From contig CAVVMW010000024.1 in assembly GCA_963749495.1 (NCBI GenBank), positions 64,001 through 128,000 on the forward strand: a stretch of 64,000 bases of DNA, written 5' to 3'. This document shows, piece by piece, positions 23,074-35,305 of the stretch (the stretch's first letter is position 1; each line of letters begins with the position of its first letter). The notes under the pieces are model-generated. The model did no database searches and had not been told where the DNA came from. It saw nothing but the letters and a program-made list of their open reading frames with translations. A program made the translations under genes and the position numbers. The DNA comes from an uncultured bacterium (GTDB lineage: Bacteria > Verrucomicrobiota > Verrucomicrobiia > Limisphaerales > UBA8199).

Positions 23074-24369
23074 TCAGGCGCCTCGCCCGATGCTCTTGTA
23101 AATGAAGCCCAACCGCTCCATCTCGGCGGGGTCGAAGAGGTTGCGTCCGTCAAAGAGGATCGGGTGGGTCAGTGTCTTGCGGGCGCGCTCCAGGTCGAGT
23201 TTCTTGAACTGTTCCCACTCCGTTGCGATGACCAGGGCATCGCAGCCCTCGGCGACCTGGTTCATGTCCGGGACAAAGGTGACCTCGCGCAGGAGGGTCC
23301 TGGCCTTGTCCATGGCCTTGGGGTCGTGGACGCGCAGGTGGGCGCCCTCCTTTTGGAGGCGGTGGCAAAGCTCGACGGCGGGGGACATCCGGATGTCGTC
23401 GGTGTTTTGCTTGAACGCCAGGCCCAGGACGCCGAGGGTTTTGTCCTTGAGCACCCAGAGTGTGTCGGCGATCTTCTTGACGAACCGGTCCATTTGCTGG
23501 GCGTTGACTTTCTGGACCTCTTTGAGCAGCCCGAAATCGTAGCCGACCTGCTCGGCGATCTTGACGAAGGCGCACAAGTCCTTGGGAAAACAGCTCCCGC
23601 CAAACCCCAGCGAGGCCTCCAGGAACCGCCGCCCGATGCGCTCGTCCATGCCCATGCCGTTGGCCACCTCCTGCACATTGGCCCCGGTCGCCTCGCACAG
23701 GACCGAGATCGCGTTGATATAGGAGATTTTCAGCGCCAGGAAGGAGTTGGAGGCGTGCTTGATCAATTCGGCGGAGTTGATATCGGTGACGATAATCGGG
23801 GCCTTGAAGGGGGCGTAGATCTCCTTCATCGCGGGCACCGGCCGCTCCGAACGCACCCCGATCACCACCCGGTCCGGCCGCATCAGGTCCTCGACAGCGA
23901 ACCCTTCCCGGAGAAATTCCGGGTTGCTCACCACATCAAACTCCACCCGGACCTTGCAGTAGCGTTTGATGGTCTCGGCCACCTTGTCGCCGGTGCTGAC
24001 CGGCACGGTGCTCTTGTCCACCACGACCTTGTAGCTCGTCATGGCCCCGGCGATCTCACGGGCGACCTTTTCGATGAAACTCAAATCCACCGAGCCGTCC
24101 GGCATCGGCGGGGTGGGAACCGCGATGAACACCACGTCGGACCTGGCGACGCCCTCGGCGGTGCTGGTGGTGAAACTCAAACGGCCCTCGGCCGTGTTCC
24201 GTTTCACCAACTCCTCGAGGCCGGGCTCGTAAATCGGGATGGCCCCGGCCTGGAGCACGCTCACCTTCTCCGGGTCGTTGTCCACGCACACCACCTGGTG
24301 GCCCACCTCGGCGAAGCAGGCGCCGGTGACCAGACCCACATAACCTGTTCCGATGATCGTCAGTTTCAT
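23074..24369 (-). CDS. ugd: UDP-glucose 6-dehydrogenase
   Basis: GTGYVG, KSTVP, SNPEFLREG and GGSCFPKD motifs. Confidence 0.93.
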   Translation of the reverse strand: MKLTIIGTGYVGLVTGACFAEVGHQVVCVDNDPEKVSVLQAGAIPIYEPGLEELVKRNTAEGRLSFTTSTAEGVARSDVVFIAVPTPPMPDGSVDLSFIEKVAREIAGAMTSYKVVVDKSTVPVSTGDKVAETIKRYCKVRVEFDVVSNPEFLREGFAVEDLMRPDRVVIGVRSERPVPAMKEIYAPFKAPIIVTDINSAELIKHASNSFLALKISYINAISVLCEATGANVQEVANGMGMDERIGRRFLEASLGFGGSCFPKDLCAFVKIAEQVGYDFGLLKEVQKVNAQQMDRFVKKIADTLWVLKDKTLGVLGLAFKQNTDDIRMSPAVELCHRLQKEGAHLRVHDPKAMDKARTLLREVTFVPDMNQVAEGCDALVIATEWEQFKKLDLERARKTLTHPILFDGRNLFDPAEMERLGFIYKSIGRGA

Positions 24370-24401
24370 CCTAAATACAGGTGTGAGGATTTGCGCCTGG
24401 G

Positions 24402-25277
24402 CTACTTCTTCCCGGTTGGCTGGGCGGTGTTGGTGGGGGTGATGGCCAGCACCTTGACCGGGGCGTTGGAGACTGGCTTGGTCAGGAGGTTGGCCGGAGC
24501 GTTGGTGGTGGAGGCCCGCTGGAGGGCATTGCTGAGGGCGTTGGGGACAGTGTTGCTGCTGGAGAAGACGTTGAGCGCCGGGCTGGGCGAGGCGGGAACC
24601 GCGGCCGGCGGTGGAGCGGGCGCGAGTTCCGGGTGTTGGTGGAACAGTTCCTGGAGGCGGAGGCCGGCCTCGGAGCTGATTACGCTGCCCCGGACGCGGA
24701 CCAGGTCCTCGTAGATGTTGCGGGCCAGCTCGAGCCGGTTTTGGCCTTCGTAAAGCCGGGCCATCCCGAACTTGGCCTGCAGCGTGACGGGATCGTTGGG
24801 ATGCTGGTTGATGAGGCTATTGTAAGCGGTTATCGCCTCGTTGGTCTTGTGCTGGGCATCCAGGCAGGAGGCAATCCCCAGCAAGGCGCCCGTTTCCATG
24901 GGGCCGCGGCGATGCTCGCGCACGAACCTCTCGAAATCCGCCCTGGCCTCGTCATACTTGCCATCCATAAAAAGATGCGCCGCCCCCAGCAGCATGGCCT
25001 CTGCGCCCCCTTGATAGCCGGGATACCTGGCCGCCACATTCAAATACTGCTGCGCCACCTGCGGCCCTGCCTCCCTCTGGCTGATGAGTTGGGAGACAAA
25101 GACCTCGGACAGCGCCTCGCCGGCCCTGACTTGCTGCTCGCCGTGGCGCCACGCCAGGAACCAGACCACCAGACCCAGCGCCGCCACGGCGGTGCCGCCC
25201 CATAGAGCTTGCTTCTTATTCGTTTCCAGCCAGGCCCACATCCGGAGCAGGCTGGCCATCTGCGTAGCTTCTTGCAT
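24402..25277 (-). CDS. Membrane-anchored TPR protein (YfgM-like)
   Basis: N-terminal TM helix followed by TPR-like helices. Confidence 0.7.
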   Translation of the reverse strand: MQEATQMASLLRMWAWLETNKKQALWGGTAVAALGLVVWFLAWRHGEQQVRAGEALSEVFVSQLISQREAGPQVAQQYLNVAARYPGYQGGAEAMLLGAAHLFMDGKYDEARADFERFVREHRRGPMETGALLGIASCLDAQHKTNEAITAYNSLINQHPNDPVTLQAKFGMARLYEGQNRLELARNIYEDLVRVRGSVISSEAGLRLQELFHQHPELAPAPPPAAVPASPSPALNVFSSSNTVPNALSNALQRASTTNAPANLLTKPVSNAPVKVLAITPTNTAQPTGKK

Positions 25278-25346
25278 ATATCGGGCCGTCAATGTCCCGG
25301 CCCCAGGCCAAAAAGGCAAGCGAATACTCAAGCGGACGGTTCAGCC

Positions 25347-25751
25347 TCAGTGGCGCTGGCGCCGCTTGGCTTTGAGCATCGCCAGGGAGTGGGCCAGGGC
25401 GGCGCTCACCATCGCCGCCTGCTCGTCGTCCAGGTGCTCTGCCAGGCGGGCTTCGGCGCGTTGCCGGGCCTCCTCGGCCTTGGCCTCGTCAATGTTCTCC
25501 GCCCGGATGGCCATGTCGGTCAGGATGGCAACGCGCTGGCCCGTGATTTCCACGAACCCCTCGCCGACGGCCAGGGAATAGTCGCGCCCGCCCCTGCGGG
25601 CGATGATTTCCCCCGGAACCAATTGGGTGAGCAGCGGGACGTGCTGCGGGTAAATGCCCATCTCCCCCTCGATGCCCGGCAGCGAGACCATCTCCACGTC
25701 CTCCGAGTAGGCCGTTCCGTCCGGCGTCACGATTTCCAGTCGCAGTGTCAT
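25347..25751 (-). CDS. atpC: ATP synthase F1 epsilon
   Basis: LEIVTP, GEMGIYPQH; operon position. Confidence 0.93.
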   Translation of the reverse strand: MTLRLEIVTPDGTAYSEDVEMVSLPGIEGEMGIYPQHVPLLTQLVPGEIIARRGGRDYSLAVGEGFVEITGQRVAILTDMAIRAENIDEAKAEEARQRAEARLAEHLDDEQAAMVSAALAHSLAMLKAKRRQRH

Positions 25752-25766
25752 CGTCTGGATTGCAGT

Positions 25767-28071
<2,305 letters not shown>

Positions 28072-28079
<8 letters not shown>

Positions 28080-29616
28080 GAGTCCGATAGGAGGTCTGCT
28101 TAAACTCCATCACCGCCGCCTTGAGGTCGGCGATGAGGGGGTCGCTGAGGGCTCTTTCCTTGGCGATGCGCGCCAGCAGCTCCGTCTTGCGGCTGGTCAG
28201 GTAGTCGGTGAGTTTGGCCTGGAGGTCCTTGATGCGGTCCACCGGGACGTCGTCCATGAACCCGTTTTGGACGGTCCAGAGCAGGGCGACCTGGACCTCG
28301 ACGAGGATGGGGTTGTATTGGGGCTGTTTGAAGACCTCGACGATGCGCTTGCCGCGCTCGATCTGGGACTGGGTCTTGGCATCGAGGTCGGAGCCGAACT
28401 GGGCGAAGGCGGCCAGTTCGCGGAACTGGGCCAGTTCGAGCTTGGTGCGGCCGGCGACCTGTTTCATGGCCTTGACCTGGGCGGCGGAGCCCACGCGCGA
28501 GACCGAGATGCCCACCGAGATGGCAGGGCGGATGCCCTGGTAGAAGAGGTCGGTCTCCAGGAAGATTTGGCCGTCGGTGATCGAGATGACATTGGTGGGG
28601 ATGTAGGCCGAGACGTCGCCCGCCTGCGTCTCGATGATCGGCAGGGCGGTGAGCGAGCCGTTGCCGTACTTCTCGTTGAGCCGGGCGGCCCGCTCCAGCA
28701 ACCGGCTGTGGAGGTAAAAGACGTCGCCCGGATAGGCCTCGCGGCCCGAAGGGCGCCTGAGGATGAGCGAGACCTGGCGATAGGCGACGGCGTGCTTGGA
28801 CAGGTCGTCGTAAATGATCAGGGCGTCCATGCCGTTGTCCATGAACCACTCGCCCATGGCGGCGCCGGCGAAGGGGGCCAGGTACTGGTTGGTGGCCGAT
28901 TCGGCGGCGGTGGCCGAGACGACAATGGTGTAGGGCATGGCGTTGGCCTCCTCCAGCACGCTGATGACCCGCGCGACATTGGACTGTTTCTGGCCCACGG
29001 CAACATAGATGCAGTAAAGCGGGCGGTAGTCTTTGTCCTTGGCCTCCTCGGCCGCGCGGTTCAGGCGGGCCTGGCTCAGAACCGTGTCAATCCCCAGCGT
29101 CGTCTTGCCGGTCGAGCGGTCGCCGATAATCAGCTCGCGCTGGCCGCGGCCAATCGGGATCATGGCATCCACTGCCATAATGCCCGTTTGCACCGGCTGG
29201 TTCACCGGCTGGCGCTTGATGATGCCCGGGGCGATCTTCTCGACCGGGTAGGCCACCTCGCTGCGGACCGGTCCCTTGCCATCGAGCGGCTGGCCCAGGG
29301 CGTTGACCACCCGGCCCAGCAAACCCTTGCCCACCGGCACCTGCAAGAGCTTGCCGGTCGTCCGCACCTCGTCCCCTTCCTGGATCGCCGTGTAGTCGCC
29401 CAGGATAATGGCGCCCACCTCGGTCTCCTCCAGGTTCAACGCCAACCCCACCACCCCCTTGCCGAAGTCGAGCATCTCGTTCAGCATGGCATCGGTCAGA
29501 CCCTCGACGCGGGCGACACCATCGCCAATCTCGCGCACCACCCCGACGTTCTGCCGGACGGTGCCGGCCTTGACCCCGGCGATTTGGGCTTCAATTTCCT
29601 GCAGTAGGTTGCTCAT
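28072..29616 (-). CDS. atpA: ATP synthase F1 alpha
   Basis: [27 protein letters not shown]. Confidence 0.98.
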
Positions 29617-29626
29617 AATATCTGAG

Positions 29627-30034
29627 TTAAGCGGCCTCCTGATCGAACCGCTCCTGGACCTGCGCCAGCCGGGCCTTGATGCTCCCGTCATAGACGTCGC
29701 TGCCCACCCTGATGCGCAGGCCGCCGATGAGGGCCGGGTTGCGAGCGAAGGTGAAAGACAAACCGGGTCCGTAGGCGCGGCCGAGTGCGGCCTGGACGCG
29801 GTCCTGCAAATCGGGGGGCAAGGGGGCCGCGCTCTCGATGCGGGCGGTCCGGCGCTCGACTTCGAGTTTCACCAGGCGCTGAAAATGGCTCAGGATTGCA
29901 AGGTACCGCCGCGCGTGGGTCTGGAGCAGGCGCCGCACGCCCGCCCGGGCGCGCTCCGGGTCCAGCAACCCGTCGGTCAGGCAACTGCGAAACAGATCTT
30001 TGGCCTCGCGCCTGGATTGTTTGGAAATCTTCAT
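29627..30034 (-). CDS. atpH: ATP synthase F1 delta
   Basis: [19 protein letters not shown]. Confidence 0.9.
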   Translation of the reverse strand: MKISKQSRREAKDLFRSCLTDGLLDPERARAGVRRLLQTHARRYLAILSHFQRLVKLEVERRTARIESAAPLPPDLQDRVQAALGRAYGPGLSFTFARNPALIGGLRIRVGSDVYDGSIKARLAQVQERFDQEAA

Positions 30035-30570
30035 GCGACGGAGCGGGCTGTCTCTTCGGCCAGCCGGCGCTCATCCTCAGGGGTGAGAATCTTGCCGGTG
30101 ACGGTGGCGGTCGTTTGGAGGACCAGCCGTCCCACCTCGCGTTTGAGTTCGGCCAGCATGCGGGCATGGTCCAGGGCGGCGGCCTCGCGCGCCTTGGCGA
30201 GGATCTGCTCGGCGGCGGCGATGGCCTTCTGGGTTTCCCGCTCCTGCACGCGCGCCGCCGCCTGGCGGGCCTCCTGGATGAGGCGGGTCGCCTGCTCATT
30301 GGCCTGGGCCATGACCTGGAGGCGCTGGGCCTCGGTGCGGGCCAGTTCGGCCTTGATCTTCTCGGCATCGGCCAGGCCCTCGGCGATGCGCTGGCGGCGC
30401 TCCTCCAGCATCGCCAGCACACGGCGGTAGGCCAGGAAGTAAAGAGCGACGCAGACGATAACGAAACTGATTGTCTGGGCGATGAGGTGGGCCATGTCCA
30501 CCCCGAAGGTCCTGGCAATCTGTTCGACGGGCCCTTCGCCCGCCTGAGCCAACACAATGAGTTGATTCAT
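30031..30570 (-). CDS. atpF: ATP synthase Fo subunit b
   Basis: TM helix plus coiled coil LEERRQRI. Confidence 0.9.
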   Translation of the reverse strand: MNQLIVLAQAGEGPVEQIARTFGVDMAHLIAQTISFVIVCVALYFLAYRRVLAMLEERRQRIAEGLADAEKIKAELARTEAQRLQVMAQANEQATRLIQEARQAAARVQERETQKAIAAAEQILAKAREAAALDHARMLAELKREVGRLVLQTTATVTGKILTPEDERRLAEETARSVA

Positions 30571-30678
30571 ATCAATAGTATGCCGGAGTTCATCCGGGCG
30601 GCAGCGCCAGGCGCAAGGCCCAACCGGCCTTGCGCCCGGCGTCGTTGACTCGGTTCAGACGCCGGCGCTCCATCTTCG

Positions 30679-30908
30679 TTTAGGGCGTTGCCCTTGACCA
30701 GGAACAAGGCGTAGAACACGATGGCCTCGGCGAAGGCGATGGCCAGGATCGACTGGACCAGGATCTTGGTGGCCGCGCCGGGATTGCGCCCCACCGCCTC
30801 CGAGGCCTTCATGCCGATGAACCCCACGCCGAGGGCCGCGCCCAGCGCCGCCAGGCCCACGTGCAGGTTGCCGGTCAGTCCCTGTGCCAACATTGGCATT
30901 AACGACAT
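30679..30908 (-). CDS. atpE: ATP synthase Fo subunit c (true stop probably near 30679; an extra base causes readthrough to 30567)
   Basis: GRNP loop and FAEAI carboxylate. Confidence 0.88.
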
Positions 30909-30988
30909 ATATGTTTTCCTTTCTGTTCTATTGCCCGGCGGCTCCCGCGAGTGAACACGGTCCAGCCGCCGAAATTGTGAGTCTCAAT

Positions 30989-31933
30989 TCAATGGTGCGC
31001 CGCCTCGGCGCCCTCTTCGTGGGCGCAAATGAGCATCGTGAAGACGGCCGTCAGCAGCATGAAAACCAGCGCCTGGACGAACCCGACCAGTAATTCCATG
31101 AAATAGAACGGGATGGGCAGCAGCCAGCCCAGGCCGGGCACCAGCTTCGACATCGCCTCGAGCATGTTCTCACCGGCAAAGATATTGCCAAAGAGACGGA
31201 AGCTCAGCGAGACCGGGCGGAACAGGATCGAGATGACCTCGAGCCATCCCACCACGAAGAACACAATCACCATGAGGAGCTTGAGCGGGCCCCGGGTCTC
31301 GCCCTTGGGCGCGAACAGGTGCATCAGGAAGCCGATGGGGCCGATCTCCCGCAGCGCCCAGAAGACCCAGCAGGCGAAAAAAACCAGGGCCATGGCAAGG
31401 GTCATGTTCAAATCCGCGTTGGCGCCGCGCAACCAAGGGTCATCCACGACAAAGCCGCGCGGCGTTTGGTGGCCCCAGCCCACGCTGCCCACCCCGGGCA
31501 CCAGGCTCAGCCAGTTGGCCGCCAGGATGAATATGAAGATCGTCGCGAAAAACCAGAATGTCCGCTTCACCAGGTGCCCTCCGATGATCCCCTCTAGAAA
31601 TCCGTAAAGGTCCTCCACCATCCATTCCCAGAAGTTCTGCAAGCCGTCGGGCACGCGCTTCATCCTCCGCGTGGCGGCCTGGGCGAAGAGGATCAGCCCC
31701 GCCGCAACCACCCAGGTCACCACCATCGAGTTGGTGATGGGAAAATCGCCCCAGGGCATGGGGATGCGTGCAATCTCGACCGCGCGCTGGGGCAGGGCGT
31801 GCTCCTCCCGCTCCGCCGTGCCAGCCGCCGCCGCTCCCGCCTGGGACGCCGCAACGGGCGGTTCGGCGCTCCAGCCCAATCGAGGCGCTCCTGCCAGAAG
31901 GACCCACACCATTATGATTCTGAGTAATCGCAT
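30989..31933 (-). CDS. atpB: ATP synthase Fo subunit a with N-terminal extension
   Basis: RPVSLSFRLFGNIFAG, QALVFMLLT. Confidence 0.93.
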   Translation of the reverse strand: MRLLRIIMVWVLLAGAPRLGWSAEPPVAASQAGAAAAGTAEREEHALPQRAVEIARIPMPWGDFPITNSMVVTWVVAAGLILFAQAATRRMKRVPDGLQNFWEWMVEDLYGFLEGIIGGHLVKRTFWFFATIFIFILAANWLSLVPGVGSVGWGHQTPRGFVVDDPWLRGANADLNMTLAMALVFFACWVFWALREIGPIGFLMHLFAPKGETRGPLKLLMVIVFFVVGWLEVISILFRPVSLSFRLFGNIFAGENMLEAMSKLVPGLGWLLPIPFYFMELLVGFVQALVFMLLTAVFTMLICAHEEGAEAAHH

Positions 31934-32224
31934 GTGCGCAAACAAACCGCCAAAGCTGTTCGAGGGGGAGACCCTGGCCTCGATCCACTGCCGACCCGGG
32001 GCCGGAAGCCGGGAAAAACTGCATCATGCCGGCCCGTTGCACAAGTACTTTTTGGAGTGAGGAGGGGCGAGGGGGGAGGGCCGTTGACAAAGTCGTAGCG
32101 CAGGTTTCCAAACCTGCTGTATCGCCGATTTCCAATCGGCAGGGCGTAGGCATATCGAGCGCCCTCGATTTGCGGACGGCCTGCGGGTTTGGAAACCCGC
32201 GATACAGCAGGTTTGGGACAGTTA

Positions 32225-32545
32225 GTGCGAACTGCACATGGTGCAGGTGAACTTTTGGGATGGGCGGTAATCACCCACCCCTTCCATCCCCGGCGCGGAG
32301 AGCGGTTCCGGGTGGTCGAAGCCCGGCGCTACCGCGGTCAGGCCACGCTGATTCTGGAGGGGGGAGAAGGTGGCACCTTTTCCATTTTGGAGGACTGGAC
32401 CGACAAGGCGGTGCCGACGAGCGCGGGGACCGCGCGCCGGCTGTCGGCGCCCGCACTGCTGGAGTTGGTGCAACTGCTGCGGCAGTTGAAGGCGTCCGGC
32501 CCGCCGGCCTCTTCGAACCAGAAAGGAGTTGACAGATGCCCTTGA
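32225..32545 (+). CDS. Small protein of the THPFHP type (DUF5372/Y4bD-like); no in-element ATG, frame open through the left end
   Basis: ITHPFHPRRGERF...WTD; family name recalled, not searched. Confidence 0.65.
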   Translation: MRTAHGAGELLGWAVITHPFHPRRGERFRVVEARRYRGQATLILEGGEGGTFSILEDWTDKAVPTSAGTARRLSAPALLELVQLLRQLKASGPPASSNQKGVDRCP

Positions 32546-32586
32546 CCGATCCATTATCAGAACAGTTATTTAACTGTTCTGATAAT
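32529..32586 (+). promoter_or_regulatory. Candidate sigma70 promoter with an overlapping perfect 16-bp inverted repeat operator
   Basis: TTGACA-17-CATTAT; ATTATCAGAACAGTTA-tt-TAACTGTTCTGATAAT directly before ATG 32588. Confidence 0.6.
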
Positions 32587-32587
32587 C

Positions 32588-32920
32588 ATGCCCGCTTCCA
32601 TCGCCAGCCTGCGCCGCAAACGCCAGGCCTTGATCCAACGCCTGCCTCCTTTGGCCCGGCGCGTGGTTCGCGGCTCGCTCATCGAGCGATACCTGCCCTG
32701 CGGCAAGCCCGGTTGCCACTGCGCCTCCGGCCGCGGTCACGGTCCCAAATACTATTTGTCGGTCAGCTATCCCCACGGCCGTCCCCAACTCCAATACCTC
32801 TCTCAGCAGCAGCACGCCCAGGTCCAAGCCCTGATAAAAAACTTTCAGCACGTGCGCCATCTGTTGGAACAGATATGCGACATCAACCGCCAACTCTTAC
32901 GCCGCCAGGAGAAGGTCTGA
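32588..32920 (+). CDS. Small Cys/His protein (DUF6788-like)
   Basis: RGSL..CGKPGCHC..GHGPKYYLS. Confidence 0.75.
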   Translation: MPASIASLRRKRQALIQRLPPLARRVVRGSLIERYLPCGKPGCHCASGRGHGPKYYLSVSYPHGRPQLQYLSQQQHAQVQALIKNFQHVRHLLEQICDINRQLLRRQEKV

Positions 32921-33047
32921 GCGATGCAGCCGGCGGCCTTGCGGATCGATCCCCGGCCGGTGGCGCAGGTGGTCGCCACCATGCTCCAGGCGTTCCGTCG
33001 GGCTGGCGCACCCTTGCCTCCGCCGCCTTGGGCGGCCAACGCTGCTT

Positions 33048-35144
33048 ATGAACACCGAGTTGGTCCAGGAAACTCATCGCCAAAAACTGGCCTGCATTTA
33101 CCTGCGCCAGTCAACCCTCAACCAAGTGCGCCAGCACCGGGAGAGCACCGAGCGCCAATACGCGCTCCGGGACAAGGCCCTTCAACTGGGCTGGCCGCCG
33201 GAGCGGATACTCACTCTGGACGGCAACCTGGGGATCTCGGGCAGCCAGATGGCCAACCGACCGGATTTCCAACGAGTGGTGTCGCTGGTCTCCTTACAGA
33301 AGGTGGGCGCGGTTCTCGCCCTGGAGGCCTCCCGCCTGTCGCGCTCGGATCTGGACTGGCATCGGCTAGTGGACTTGTGTGGGTGGACGGGCACGTTGCT
33401 CATCGACAAAGACGGCGCTTACAACCCCGGGGATTTCAACGACCGCTTGCTCTTGGGACTCAAGGGTACGATGTCCCAGGCCGAACTGCACTTCTTGCGC
33501 GTCCGCCTCCAGGGCGGCAAGCTCAACAAAGCGCGCAAAGGCCAACTGCGTTTTCCCCTGCCGGTGGGCTTTGTTTATGCCGAGGCCGAGGGCATCGTTT
33601 TAGACCCGGACCAGGAGGTGCAGGGCGCCGTGCGCCTGGTCTTCAGCAGCTTTGGGCAAACCGCCAGCGCTTACGGAGTGGTGCAGCATTTTGCCAAGCA
33701 CCAGTTGCTCTTCCCCAAGCGCAGCTACGGTGGAGTCTGGAACGGGCAGTTGCGGTGGGGCCGCTTGAACCATGGCCGCGTCCTGAGTCTATTGCGCAAC
33801 CCGGCTTACGCCGGGGCCTATGTATTCGGTCGGCGGCGAACCTGCAAAAACTTCTCGCCCACTGGCCAGATGCACAATACCGTCCGCTCTATGCCTTTGG
33901 CCGAGTGGCAAGTGAACCTGCCCAACCAACATCCGGGCTACATCCCCTGGGAGGAATATCTGGCCAACCAGCAGCGGCTGGCGCAGAACCAAACCAACGC
34001 TTGCCCTGGCGCCGCCGGTTCGGCGGCGCGCGAAGGGCAGGCGCTGCTGCAAGGTCTGCTGGTCTGTGGTCAGTGCGGGCACCGGCTCTCCCCGCGTTAC
34101 GTGGGACAGGGCGGTTGCCTGGTTTGGTATGAATGCAACTGGCGGCGGCGAGAACTGGCAGGCAAAGGCTGCTGGTCGGTTCGTGGCAACCTGCTGGATG
34201 AAGCCGTCGCCCGGCGGATCTTGTCGGCGCTGGTGCCGACGCAGGTGGAAATCGCCTTGGCTGCCGTGGCGGAGGTCGAACAGCGCAACCAGGCGTTGGA
34301 GCATCAATGGCAGCTCAGAATCCAGCGAGCCGAGTATGAAGGGCAGTTGGCCCAACGGCGCTTCGAGGAAGTCGATCCGGCCAACCGTCTGGTAGCAGCA
34401 ACGCTCGAACAACGTTGGGAACACGCCTTGCAGCAACTCGAAGGGTTGCGCCAGCAATACCGGCAATATCAGGAAAAGCAAACCCCGCCCTTGTCGGCGG
34501 AGCAACAGGCCCAAGTACGATTGCTGGCCGAGGACCTGCCGCGGCTCTGGCAAGCGGCCACCACGACCGCCAAGCAGCGCAAGTGCATTTTGCGGCTGCT
34601 GCTCAAGGATATTACACTGGAAAAGCGGCCGGCAACGCACCAGGCGATCTTGCATTTGCGCTGGCAAGGAGAGGCCACCGAGGACCTCGTGGTCGAGCTG
34701 CCGCTTAACGCTGCCGACCGCTGGCGCTACACGGAGGCCCTCGTGAGCAAAGTGCGGCAACTCGCCCAGCAACAGACCGACCGCCAGATTGCCCTCACCC
34801 TGAACCAGGAAGGCCTCCGAAGCGCCAAAGGCCGAGCTTTTACCGTCAGTATGGTCGCCTGGATTCGGTGCAAGCACCACATTCCGGCCCCAGTGCTGCA
34901 ACAACCCGGCGAGTTGACGGTGCAGCAACTGAGCCAAAAGTTTGCCGTTAGCCAATACGTGGTTCACTATTGGCTCAAGAACGGACTGGTGACAGCTCGA
35001 AAAGCGCAACCCGACGGCCGGATGTGGATCGCGTTGACGGCCCAACAAGAGCAGGCGTTGCGGGCTTGGGTGGCCAACTCCAAGCGGATCGCCAAATCAA
35101 AAAGCCGGCAAGCCCTAAACGAAATTGCACCAGGTGTAGTATGA
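33048..35144 (+). CDS. Large serine recombinase (resolvase, recombinase, zinc ribbon, coiled coil, extra C-terminal HTH-like region)
   Basis: YLRQS catalytic Ser, SRLSR, LRNPAYAG, CGQCG. Confidence 0.93.
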   Translation: MNTELVQETHRQKLACIYLRQSTLNQVRQHRESTERQYALRDKALQLGWPPERILTLDGNLGISGSQMANRPDFQRVVSLVSLQKVGAVLALEASRLSRSDLDWHRLVDLCGWTGTLLIDKDGAYNPGDFNDRLLLGLKGTMSQAELHFLRVRLQGGKLNKARKGQLRFPLPVGFVYAEAEGIVLDPDQEVQGAVRLVFSSFGQTASAYGVVQHFAKHQLLFPKRSYGGVWNGQLRWGRLNHGRVLSLLRNPAYAGAYVFGRRRTCKNFSPTGQMHNTVRSMPLAEWQVNLPNQHPGYIPWEEYLANQQRLAQNQTNACPGAAGSAAREGQALLQGLLVCGQCGHRLSPRYVGQGGCLVWYECNWRRRELAGKGCWSVRGNLLDEAVARRILSALVPTQVEIALAAVAEVEQRNQALEHQWQLRIQRAEYEGQLAQRRFEEVDPANRLVAATLEQRWEHALQQLEGLRQQYRQYQEKQTPPLSAEQQAQVRLLAEDLPRLWQAATTTAKQRKCILRLLLKDITLEKRPATHQAILHLRWQGEATEDLVVELPLNAADRWRYTEALVSKVRQLAQQQTDRQIALTLNQEGLRSAKGRAFTVSMVAWIRCKHHIPAPVLQQPGELTVQQLSQKFAVSQYVVHYWLKNGLVTARKAQPDGRMWIALTAQQEQALRAWVANSKRIAKSKSRQALNEIAPGVV

Positions 35145-35250
35145 AACCACCGTCGGAAACCTGCGCTACGCTGGCGCCCCTGGCGCACAGGCGCACGGAG
35201 CAACTTTGTCAATGGCCCTGCCCCCGGGTGCGGCGCATCCTGGAACAGAG

Positions 35251-35280
35251 TTGACAAACGCCGATGGAGTGTGCGAGAAT
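35251..35280 (+). promoter_or_regulatory. Candidate cys operon promoter
   Basis: TTGACA, 18-bp spacer and extended -10 TGcGAGAAT upstream of cysI. Confidence 0.5.
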
Positions 35281-35305
35281 CTCATCTATCTTTAGCAATT
35301 AACTT

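Larger units (their letters stand above)
32217..35154 (+). mobile_element. Large serine recombinase element (2,938 bp) integrated in a family B REP, flanked by GG at 32215-16 and 35155-56
   Basis: Interrupts CAGCAGGTTTGG|AAACCTGCGCTAC; imperfect inverted ends; empty-site paralog at 42575-42779. Confidence 0.9.

Noticed and set aside
32924..34132. 402-aa ORF overlapping the LSR
   Set aside because: Alternative frame with low-complexity translation; only the first ~40 codons could be a real small gene, and that is unsupported.
32217..35154. Prophage or ICE
   Set aside because: Both ends are defined 2.9 kb apart, with no phage, conjugation or replication genes.
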